Below are positions 26,449 to 34,216 of a stretch of 43,008 nucleotides of DNA, in pieces (position 1 is the stretch's first letter; each line of letters opens with the position of its first letter). A model generated the notes under the pieces. That model did no database searches. It was given only the letters and a program-made list of their open reading frames with translations, and was not told the DNA's origin. Made by a program: the position numbers and the translations under genes. Source of the stretch: Oscillospiraceae bacterium (GTDB taxonomy: Bacteria > Bacillota > Clostridia > Peptostreptococcales > Anaerovoracaceae). The stretch spans positions 1 through 43,008 of the forward strand of contig CAVGMK010000111.1 of assembly GCA_963630135.1 (NCBI GenBank), written 5' to 3'.

Positions 26449-27177
26449 TCATTTCCTCCCGGCAAAAGCCTGACTGGTCTGGCTTGGAAAGGAAACAATT
26501 TTGATTCCGGCTTTCCGGAGACGATTGAAACATTCGTAGTTCGATGAACCGTAAATTATAATTGTGTGCGGTTGCAAAGTTTCGACCATATGAAAGAGCC
26601 CGTTCTCAAATAGAGGTCTGTTTTTCAATTGGTGAATACGGCTTGCAACGGTTCCGATAGCTACCATGCTATTGCGAGGATTGCTATCAAAACAGTAAGT
26701 CCAGGTTTCTTCTGTGCCCCAACGTACATTACTGACTACTGGAATACCCAGTGAGCCTATCCAATAGCCGAAGCTATTCATTTTGTAGAAATTCATTCTT
26801 TTGATTGGGTCGGGGAAATCAGCATATGTTGAAAAATCTGGGGCAATGATACCTGCAAAATGCTGGATAATATCCAGAGCCTTATCAGGATATAACCAGA
26901 TGCTGTTTCTCTTTCCATCGAACTTTTGATCATCAATGTAGAAATGAATGAAGGCATCATGGTAATAGGATATATTGCCAGTCTTCATTTCTTTATTGTG
27001 AAGTGTTTTAGCTTCTGAATAGGAGATAAGTTGCTTGGGGATCTCTGTAGCCGTTGTTGGACAGAGCGGAAAATCGTTAGCGGAATATTGAGCGCCAATT
27101 AACATGTTGGCGTTCCAAATATCCTGTAATCCTGGCCTGTTTGAATTTATTTTAGCTTTTTTATATAAATGGTTCAA
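26449..27177 (-). CDS. DUF4417 domain-containing protein
   Basis: FIHFYIDDQKF, IAPDFSTY.D.P, SNVRWG.EE....CFD..P...VAIGT and IIIYG motifs as recalled for DUF4417; TTG start after GGGGG. Confidence 0.8.
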   Translation of the reverse strand: MNHLYKKAKINSNRPGLQDIWNANMLIGAQYSANDFPLCPTTATEIPKQLISYSEAKTLHNKEMKTGNISYYHDAFIHFYIDDQKFDGKRNSIWLYPDKALDIIQHFAGIIAPDFSTYADFPDPIKRMNFYKMNSFGYWIGSLGIPVVSNVRWGTEETWTYCFDSNPRNSMVAIGTVASRIHQLKNRPLFENGLFHMVETLQPHTIIIYGSSNYECFNRLRKAGIKIVSFPSQTSQAFAGRK

Positions 27178-27220
27178 TTCTTTGTCCCCCTTTTATAGAT
27201 TATTCAGATTCAGTAGCTAG

Positions 27221-27263
27221 CTGGTTCTGGCGCCTTGAAACAACTGGCTCTGTTCTGTACCAT
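27221..27263 (+). promoter_or_regulatory. Promoter of the Macro-TIR operon with CTGGYTCTG direct repeats
   Basis: TTGAAA(27235)-17nt-TACCAT(27258); CTGGTTCTG at 27221 and CTGGCTCTG at 27244. Confidence 0.5.
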
Positions 27264-27344
27264 AAATGTAACTTTTTTTTCAGGTAAAATCGTTCCCCCA
27301 GAGTTATGCTGCGGTTACTCTATTTAAGGAAGGGAGGAAAATAA

Positions 27345-28478
27345 ATGCCTAAATTATCAATGTTAACAAGAGAAATAAAGAAATATGCGAAAAATCCGAA
27401 CATATCGGAGGAGGATTTTTTGAATGCATTTTTAGACCCAGTCGTTGCGGTCGGTCATATCCATAATAAGATAGGTGGTAAATTTTATCTTAACAAAACG
27501 AGAACTAGCGACCTGATGAACGGTATTGACGATGTTCCTAAATCATTACGTGAAGTCTTGCCGATGATAAATCTTGAGGAAAAAATGATTGGCGACATGG
27601 AAAACTTTGTCTCTGATTACCTGAATTCAAACCATAAAGAAAAATTGAAGATACGATTGCATGAATTGCTGAATCAAGACGAAAATATCTCAAAAGCAGA
27701 CAAAGATAAGATAGGAAATGTGTCGTTAGAAAGTTTATTGGTAAAGCTATTACTTATCTCAATAGCTGAATCGAATAAGAATGAAAAACGAAGTAACGTT
27801 ATCTGGAAGAATGGCAGGAATTATGTTGAAGTTATTACAGGTGATTTGTTTAAATACGGATTTGGTAACCGAAAAAATACAAGGAATATTGTAGTCATAC
27901 CGGTTAATACGGCGTTTGATACGCATGTAACAAGAAAACTTGAAGAAGAATTATTCCCGTTGGTCTCAGAAACAACAATTCATGGGCAATGGCTAATACG
28001 CATGCAGAAGAGCGGCGTGTGTGAGGATGAGATTTATGAGAGAATTAGTACAAGCTTGCAAAGACAAGGGATTTCAAGTGTGGGACATGCGAGAAATTCA
28101 AAGGGAAGACAAAAAATATATCCAATAGGTTCTGTTGCGATTGTTGAAGAAAAAAACGCCAGTTATTTTCTGCTAGCGATTTCGGATTTTGATGAACATA
28201 ACGTTGCACATAGCACTGCCTCTAATATAGACATAGCGGTTGAAGCTCTCTTAGAAAGGTACAATGCTGTGGGTCAGGGATACAATTTATATCTGCCATT
28301 ATTGGGAACGGGAAGATCCAGAACAGGTTTATCTATTGAACTAGCGTTCGCTCTTTTAAGAAAGAGCTTTATGACACACGCCGACCTGATTCAAGGGCAA
28401 GTTATTGTGGTGATTAGACCGGAAGATAGCGAAGAAATTGACGTATTACGAAGATTGGAGAAAAAGCGTGATGTATAG
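27345..28478 (+). CDS. Thoeris ThsA-type Macro domain (DUF6430-like) protein with soluble N-terminal domain
   Basis: VITGDLF, IVVIPVNTAFDT, TIHGQ, YPIGS.A, FLLAISDFD, GQG..LYLPLLGTG.SR match ThsA Macro; first ~150 aa are hydrophilic with no TM helices. Confidence 0.8.
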   Translation: MPKLSMLTREIKKYAKNPNISEEDFLNAFLDPVVAVGHIHNKIGGKFYLNKTRTSDLMNGIDDVPKSLREVLPMINLEEKMIGDMENFVSDYLNSNHKEKLKIRLHELLNQDENISKADKDKIGNVSLESLLVKLLLISIAESNKNEKRSNVIWKNGRNYVEVITGDLFKYGFGNRKNTRNIVVIPVNTAFDTHVTRKLEEELFPLVSETTIHGQWLIRMQKSGVCEDEIYERISTSLQRQGISSVGHARNSKGRQKIYPIGSVAIVEEKNASYFLLAISDFDEHNVAHSTASNIDIAVEALLERYNAVGQGYNLYLPLLGTGRSRTGLSIELAFALLRKSFMTHADLIQGQVIVVIRPEDSEEIDVLRRLEKKRDV

Positions 28479-28986
28479 AACAAAAACTTATATCGCTGGG
28501 GATTGGAGCGGAGATAGGGACTTGATTAATCAATTATATTTATGGAATAGTAGCAATTACTGGTCATTAAATTTTGCTGATGCACATGAATTAGTCCAAT
28601 CTAGAGATACCAGTCGATATTGCACAATTAAAAGTTCGTTGACAGATAGACTTAATTCATCCAAGACATTTGTTTTAATTGTTGGAGAACAAACAAGGAA
28701 CCTCACTAAGGGCGGTTGCCAATACTGCGATAGCTATAATAGTTGGAATCAACGTTGTGTAAGAGGGTATAACGTTGATTATCGCAGTTACATAGAGTAT
28801 GAATGCGAAAAAGCAAAAAATGATGATTTGAAAATAGTGGTAATTTACAATTCGTGTAGCGTGAAAAAAGAAAAATGCCCAGAAATTCTTCGTGATACCG
28901 GTAATCATGTGAAGGGCTGTTATTTTGGGTTAGATCAGAAAATTTATTGGAATTACCAGGAGATTAGAGATGCAATCATGTTTTAA
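28471..28986 (+). CDS. thsB: Thoeris ThsB-like TIR domain (DUF1863/MTH538) protein
   Basis: RTKTYIAGD, FADAH, IK.SL..RL..SKTFVLIVG..T, SYIEYE (putative catalytic Glu), KIVVIYN; overlaps the Macro gene stop. Confidence 0.8.
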   Translation: MYRTKTYIAGDWSGDRDLINQLYLWNSSNYWSLNFADAHELVQSRDTSRYCTIKSSLTDRLNSSKTFVLIVGEQTRNLTKGGCQYCDSYNSWNQRCVRGYNVDYRSYIEYECEKAKNDDLKIVVIYNSCSVKKEKCPEILRDTGNHVKGCYFGLDQKIYWNYQEIRDAIMF

Positions 28987-29011
28987 AAACAAACGATAAT
29001 TTAACTTTCTA

Positions 29012-29151
29012 TTGCAATAACTCAAATTCTATGCTAGACTACTCCAACAAGAAACGGAAAACTCAAATATCAAGATGAGAAACTCAAATAATGAGCCGTA
29101 TAACTCAAATTTACGAAAGAGGAAACTCAAATGACATCTGACGAACTCAAA
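29012..29151 (+). promoter_or_regulatory. Promoter with helically phased AACTCAAA direct-repeat array
   Basis: TTGCAA-17nt-TAGACT; AACTCAAA at 29019, 29060, 29081, 29102, 29124 and 29144, plus degenerate TACTCCAA at 29040 (~21-bp period). Confidence 0.8.
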
Positions 29152-30798
29152 GACCTTCTGGACTTAATTCAAAGAACGAAGTGTGAGACCCAGACGCTCG
29201 AACTAAAGAGCGCAACATATGGATGCCCGAAACGCCTGTACGATACGCTGTCCAGCTTCTCGAATCAGGACACCGGTGGCATCATCGTCTTCGGTGTATC
29301 CGAAGACAGCAAATTCAAGGAGACCGGCGTCTACGATGCGCACGATTTGCAGAAAAGAATCAACGAGCAATGCCTTCAGATGGAGCCACCGGTTCGGGCG
29401 CTTCTGACAGCAACAGAGAAGGGCGGGAAGTTCTTTGTTTCTGCAGAGATTCCCGGGATCGATATTGCGGAGAGACCTTGTTTTTACCAAGGCAAAGGCC
29501 GCATCAAGGGGTCCTATACCCGTGTGGGAGACAGCGATGAACCGATGACGGAATATGAGGTTTACCGTTATGAGGCATTTCGCAAGAAACATCAGGATGA
29601 TATCCGGACGGTGCCGCGGGCGTCTTTCATGTCGCTGAATAAGCCTGCGCTGGATGAATATATGATTCGGCTTCGGAAGGACAAGCCGCACCTGGCGAAA
29701 CTGGAGGATTCGGATATCTATGAGCTGATGAGCATCACCTGGAATCGTGAGGTGACGCTGGCTGCCGAGCTGTTGTTCGGCCTGTATCCGCAGGCGTATT
29801 TCCCACAGTTCTGCATTACGGCGGTTTCCGTTCCTGGGACGAAGATGGGGGAGATCGGCGAATCGGACGAGCGTTTCATTGACAATCGGCGAATGGATGG
29901 AACGATTCCGGAGATGCTGGAGGATGCGCTTGCTTTCGTCCACAAGAATATGAAGATTAAGACAATTGTCAGCGGCACCACGGGTGCGCGCGAGGATAAG
30001 CCGGAGTATCCGATTCCGGCAGTTCGCGAGGCGGTGCTGAATGCCTTAGTGCATCGTGACTACAGCGTGTACACGGAGGGCACGCCGATTACGATTGAGA
30101 TGTATGAGGACCGGATGGAGATTCGAAGTCCGGGCGGGCTCTACGGAAGGACGCAGCTCAGTCAGCTCGGCAAGACACGTCCGGACACGCGGAATCCGGC
30201 GCTTGCGACGGCGCTGGAGACAATGCGAATCACCGAGAACCGTTATTCCGGAATTCCGACGATTCGGCGGGAACTGGCGGAGCAGGGGCTGCCGGAGCCG
30301 AGATTTGTCAATGAAGATGGAAGCTTCACGGTGGTATTCTATAAGACCGAGGCGGCAGCGAAGGTAGCCCTGCAAGCACTTACGTATACAGACAATCCGT
30401 TGCGAGAATATGGTGTGCGAGAGAATGCGACAGGAACTTCGTTCGGAGATAGAAGTGTGATGACCGAAAACACATCCGCAAATGACGACATCGCGGATGC
30501 TGGCACACAATACGACGGCACGTCCATGAAGTCATCTGCAGGGAATGCGTCGGATAAGCCGGTTTACCAGAATTCGTCGAAAGACCCGCATATTTCCTAC
30601 GAATACAGCCTAGCCGAATTCTGCAGAGAGCCGCGGACACGTGCTGAGATAGCGGAGTTTCTGAATCTGGATTCGCAGTCCTACGCGATTTCCACGTACG
30701 TGACACCGCTGGTCAAGGAGGACGTTATCAAGCTCACGATTCCGGACAAGCCGCGGAGCCCGAAACAGCGGTACTACAGCGAGTGGGAGGAGAAATAA
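29131..30798 (+). CDS. Schlafen/AlbA_2 + HATPase_c_4 + linker + C-terminal wHTH protein
   Basis: ETQTLELKSA, SSFSNQDTGGIIVFGV, PEYP..AVREAVLNALVHRDY, SPGGL, RNP, ENRYSGI; C-terminal TIPDKPRSPKQRY. Confidence 0.88.
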   Translation: MTSDELKDLLDLIQRTKCETQTLELKSATYGCPKRLYDTLSSFSNQDTGGIIVFGVSEDSKFKETGVYDAHDLQKRINEQCLQMEPPVRALLTATEKGGKFFVSAEIPGIDIAERPCFYQGKGRIKGSYTRVGDSDEPMTEYEVYRYEAFRKKHQDDIRTVPRASFMSLNKPALDEYMIRLRKDKPHLAKLEDSDIYELMSITWNREVTLAAELLFGLYPQAYFPQFCITAVSVPGTKMGEIGESDERFIDNRRMDGTIPEMLEDALAFVHKNMKIKTIVSGTTGAREDKPEYPIPAVREAVLNALVHRDYSVYTEGTPITIEMYEDRMEIRSPGGLYGRTQLSQLGKTRPDTRNPALATALETMRITENRYSGIPTIRRELAEQGLPEPRFVNEDGSFTVVFYKTEAAAKVALQALTYTDNPLREYGVRENATGTSFGDRSVMTENTSANDDIADAGTQYDGTSMKSSAGNASDKPVYQNSSKDPHISYEYSLAEFCREPRTRAEIAEFLNLDSQSYAISTYVTPLVKEDVIKLTIPDKPRSPKQRYYSEWEEK

Positions 30799-30925
30799 TT
30801 CGGGCGGGATGGGAGATTGCAAGGCTCTGGTCTCCTGGTTTAGCAAATCAGCGGATATATGCTCGCTGATGAATTCCCATAATGTGTGAGCAGATATCCA
30901 TTAGAATTGGAACATTAAGAGCCAA

Positions 30926-31012
30926 CAACTTTTTCAAGGGAGTTTTTGCCGATACGTGCAACTATTTCAAGGGAGATTTTCAGAAATGCGCAACTTTTTT
31001 CAAGGAAGTTTT
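30926..31012. repeat. Three CAACTwTTTCAAGGrAG direct repeats, 32-33-bp period
   Basis: Copies start at 30926, 30959 and 30991. Confidence 0.8.
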
Positions 31013-31141
31013 CAGAGAAATCTAGGAATGCATTACGCAAAACCATTGATATCAAGGCTTTCACGGCGAGGTCGCCTTCGACGGTTCACATGAATACAGA
31101 ACGCAAGAAAAGAATTCTATTTATGCTGGAATGCAGGCGGT

Positions 31142-31256
31142 GTTCTTCCGGAAAACGCAGGACTGACGCGATAATTCGTCCCGAAAACGCAGCAAAATTA
31201 CAATTATTCGTGCCAAAAACGCAACCCAATCACATTCATTCGTCCGAAAAATGCAG
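31142..31256. repeat. Four degenerate ATTCGTnCCrAAAAyGCAG direct repeats, 32-bp period
   Basis: Copies at ~31142, 31174, 31206 and 31238. Confidence 0.75.
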
Positions 31257-31267
31257 TGCGAGTATAC

Positions 31268-31363
31268 TTATTCCTTCGCCGTCTCATTCACCAGCGCCGA
31301 CCCGATAATCAGCACGGCGCCAATCAGCCCGAGCAGCGTCAGGCTCTCGTGAAGCACCAGCAT
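31268..31363 (-). pseudogene. C-terminal remnant of an EamA/DMT family transporter
   Basis: Manual translation MLVLHESLTLLGLIGAVLIIGSALVNETAKE* matches the typical last DMT helix (L.E......IGA.LI). Confidence 0.65.
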
Positions 31364-31380
31364 GTTCTCGGCAACACAGA

Positions 31381-31414
31381 GAAACGCCGCCCCGGCATTG
31401 CCAGCGCGGCGTTT
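31381..31414. terminator. Hairpin/terminator downstream of dapB
   Basis: GAAACGCCGC...GCGGCGTTTC stem. Confidence 0.55.
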
Positions 31415-31599
31415 CCTCACCAAATTGTGCTAACGAAAGATATATGCAGTCCCTTTTTACGATCCAACCAGTAACCGGAACCTTCTTTGATTTCTCGCGC
31501 TATCCGTCGACCGGAAATCCCTGCCAGTCTGAATTATGTCCTTAGACCGGAAGCAATCAGCCAACCGGAAGTGTGCGGACACGGGGCGTTCTAGGCGTT

Positions 31600-32325
31600 C
31601 TAGCCGATATAGTCATCCATGGTATAGAACCCGGCCGGCTGATTCACCAGCCAGCGCGCCACATCCACGGCACCGTCCGCGAAGAGCGCTCTGTCGTGCG
31701 CTTCGTGCTGGATGGTGATGGTCTGGTTGTTCGTGCCGAACATAATCTCATGAGTGCCGACCACGTTGCCGCGGCGTACGGCCTGGATGCCGATTTCATT
31801 CGACTCCCGCTTGGCATGACCGCTGCGTCCGCAGTTCACGGTGAGCTCCGGACGAACCTCTTGAATCTTGCGCGCGAGGAGTAGCGCCGTTCCGCTCGGG
31901 GCGTCCACCTTGCGGTTGTGGTGTGTCTCCACAATCTCGATGTCACAGCCACCGAAAGCCTTGGTGACCTCCTGCGCGATTTTACCCACCAGGGCAACGC
32001 CAACAGACATGTTGGCGCTGTGGAAAACCGGAATCTGGTGAGCGGCTTCAACAATCATCGCATGTTCTTCTTCTGTCTGTCCCGTGGTGGCGACGATGAC
32101 CGGAAGTTGTCTGGATACGCAGTAGTCCATCAGGTCCCGGGTGCCCAGGTGATGGGAGAAGTCGATGACGATATCGGCTTCCGCATTGCACTCTGCCAGC
32201 GGCGCCATGCCTGCCGGAGCGGATACGTCCGCCAGTTCGGCAATCTCCATATCTTCGGTATTCTCGATAATGTTGGTGAGGATGCGGCCCATGTGGCCGG
32301 CGGCACCGTTAACGATTACTTTCAT
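31600..32325 (-). CDS. dapB: 4-hydroxy-tetrahydrodipicolinate reductase
   Basis: GAAGHMG, IDFSH, ATTG, SANMSVGV, ETHHNRKVDAPSGTA, R.G..VGTHE. Confidence 0.97.
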   Translation of the reverse strand: MKVIVNGAAGHMGRILTNIIENTEDMEIAELADVSAPAGMAPLAECNAEADIVIDFSHHLGTRDLMDYCVSRQLPVIVATTGQTEEEHAMIVEAAHQIPVFHSANMSVGVALVGKIAQEVTKAFGGCDIEIVETHHNRKVDAPSGTALLLARKIQEVRPELTVNCGRSGHAKRESNEIGIQAVRRGNVVGTHEIMFGTNNQTITIQHEAHDRALFADGAVDVARWLVNQPAGFYTMDDYIG

Positions 32326-32557
32326 TTCTCTATTTACTCCTTTATATGACGTAACGTACCAACGCGCGGCTTCTTCCCGTTAATTGAGCGAGCGCGAGCC
32401 GGCGACCGGATAGCGAATTTCGCATTGGTGAGAGAGCCTTTATGGTATAGACAGTTCCACCTCATCGCGCGCTCGCGCAAGCCGGGACGCGTTTACGGCG
32501 AACCCGACGATTTCGCTTCATCGGAAGACTTCGCGAGCCGAATTTATTTTTGGCCGA

Positions 32558-33445
32558 CTATACGTCCAATCCAACCTCTCTCATGGCATTCAGCAGTCTC
32601 TGGTGGTTGGCGTCTTCCATGCTGTAGAGCGGCGAGCGGATGATTCTGTCGCAGAACCCGAGATCTGCCATGGCCTCTTTGACCGGAATCGGGTTAACCT
32701 CACAGAACAGAGCGGAGACGAGCTCGCTGTACTTGCACTGCAGCGCTGCGGCACCGGCCACGTCGCCGGAGAGCATGCGCTGCGCAATTTCAACGGTTTC
32801 TGCCGGAATCACGTTGGACAGCACGGAGATGCAGCCCTTTGCGCCCATCGCCATGATTGGCACAATCTGGTCGTCGTTGCCGGAGTACATGGTCAGCTGG
32901 TCGCCGACGAGCGCCTGCGTCTGGACGATCTTGGAGATGTTGCCGTTCGCTTCCTTGATGGCAGCGATGTTCGGAATCTTCGCGAGTTCCACGTAGGTGG
33001 ACGGCTCGATGTTCACGCCGGTTCTGGACGGCACGTTGTAGACGATAATCGGAACGGTGCTGGCAGCGGCGTATTCCGCATACATCTTAACCAGGCCCTT
33101 CTGCGTCGCCTTATTGTAGTAAGGAGTTACAACCAGACACGCATCGGCGCCTACCTCGCAAGCGTAGCGGGTGAGCTGCACGCCGTATGCGGTGTCGTTG
33201 CTGCCGGTGCCGGCGATCACCGGAACGCGGTGGTTCACTCTCTCCACGGCGTAGCGGATGCATTCCTTGTGCTCGGCGTCGGTCAGGGTCGAGCCCTCGC
33301 CGGTGGTGCCGCAGATAACCAGCGCGTTGATGCCCTGCTCAATCTGCCAGTCAATCAGTCTGCCGAACTGTTCGTAGTTGACGCCGTCCTCGGTCATCGG
33401 GGTAATCAGCGCGGTTGCAATTCCTTCGAAAATAGGTGTAGTCAT
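32558..33445 (-). CDS. dapA: 4-hydroxy-tetrahydrodipicolinate synthase
   Basis: ALITP, CGTTGEG, TPYYNK, YNVPSRTG, IKEANG, SGND, NPIPVK; ATG 33445 after AGGAGG. Confidence 0.97.
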   Translation of the reverse strand: MTTPIFEGIATALITPMTEDGVNYEQFGRLIDWQIEQGINALVICGTTGEGSTLTDAEHKECIRYAVERVNHRVPVIAGTGSNDTAYGVQLTRYACEVGADACLVVTPYYNKATQKGLVKMYAEYAAASTVPIIVYNVPSRTGVNIEPSTYVELAKIPNIAAIKEANGNISKIVQTQALVGDQLTMYSGNDDQIVPIMAMGAKGCISVLSNVIPAETVEIAQRMLSGDVAGAAALQCKYSELVSALFCEVNPIPVKEAMADLGFCDRIIRSPLYSMEDANHQRLLNAMREVGLDV

Positions 33446-33510
33446 TTTGTTTGTCCTCCTAATATAACTATGTGATACAGATATATTTGAGAAGAGAGCC
33501 TTGAACCGAT

Positions 33511-33541
33511 AAAAAAAGCAGTGAACTCCGGAGTTCACTGC
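33511..33541 (-). terminator. Riboswitch expression-platform terminator
   Basis: Minus strand GCAGTGAACTC-cg-GAGTTCACTGC followed by T7, upstream of dapA. Confidence 0.9.
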
Positions 33542-33758
33542 TTGATAATCGTAACTCATGATCTTCCGACTCACCGTGACGTGGCGGCTCGCTTCCGGAA
33601 GCCTGACGGCCGGTTCGTACCTACCGTGATACGTTGTGGCCTGCGGACCTGCCGGCCTCATCATCGCCGGTAGCCTTGCGCTGGGTGCTTCGCGCTTCCA
33701 GTCTCGCGCCGTGCCTTGTGCATCGCCTCGTTCATCGGAACACATGACTCATATCAAG
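33541..33758 (-). ncRNA. Unassigned multi-branched structured RNA domain between lysine aptamer and terminator
   Basis: Nested complementary pairs CTTGATA/TATCAAG, TCATG/CATGA, TTCCGA/TCGGAA, GGCG/CGCC, ACGGC/GCCGT enclosing several short hairpins. Confidence 0.55.
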
Positions 33759-33924
33759 GATAGCACTCCGCATATCATCTATGCGACAGTCGGTGGAATC
33801 TTATTTCCATCGCCCGGCTTACCGTCCATGCAGAAACGGCCACCTCGGCGCCTGTGCCTTTCGTCGCCTCTGCCCTGCACGGCATCGGAGGCGGTTACTA
33901 ATCACGCAGCGCGTCCTCTATCTC
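33757..33924 (-). ncRNA. Lysine riboswitch (L-box) aptamer
   Basis: Minus strand gatAGAGG..GCG...AGTA...GAAAGG...CGCCGA...GGGC...AATAA...ACTGTC...GGAGtGCTAtc, upstream of dapA-dapB. Confidence 0.92.
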
Positions 33925-33936
33925 AATTGTGTTTCC

Positions 33937-33965
33937 ATGATACATGCTCCTTTGGGATATGTCAA
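33937..33965 (-). promoter_or_regulatory. Sigma-A promoter of the riboswitch-dapA transcript
   Basis: Minus strand TTGACA-17nt-TATCAT just upstream of the aptamer. Confidence 0.85.
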
Positions 33966-34216
33966 CAAAAAATATGAATTTTCCGATAAAAAATTTCAGA
34001 AAGTTTGGACTTTCGTACAAAATCGCAGATTGCCCCAGTGAAATTCCAGCGGTATTCAGCCGGAATCCGAACGAAATTTGCGGAAATCACCGGGAGGCAG
34101 CCGGCAATTGTATCCCATAAAATTCAATGTAAAAAATTCAAGAATCGGTTTCAAACCATTTTAGACTGGAGTACAATAATAAGATAGAAATTCTTCGGGA
34201 AATGAAGGAGGAACAC

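Noticed and set aside
31046..31055. dif/Xer site
   Set aside because: Only a 10-bp palindrome; the 28-bp XerC/XerD arm structure is not recognisable.
30946..31308. 120-aa ORF
   Set aside because: It spans non-coding repeat arrays, has no RBS and no protein-like motifs.
14379..32556. Exact 16-mer AATTTATTTTTGGCCG at 14379 and 32541 as att sites
   Set aside because: Low-complexity match, no integrase, and the second copy lies between the core genes dapA and dapB; compatible with chance.
33446..33745. 100-aa N-terminal extension of DapA
   Set aside because: It covers the riboswitch leader and terminator; the real start is 33445 with AGGAGG.
33541..33758. Assignment of the nested RNA to SRP, c-di-AMP, 6S or group II intron domain V
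   Set aside because: Only short partial resemblances (GTCAGG..GGAAG, GAGCCG); the required core motifs are missing, so it is left unassigned.
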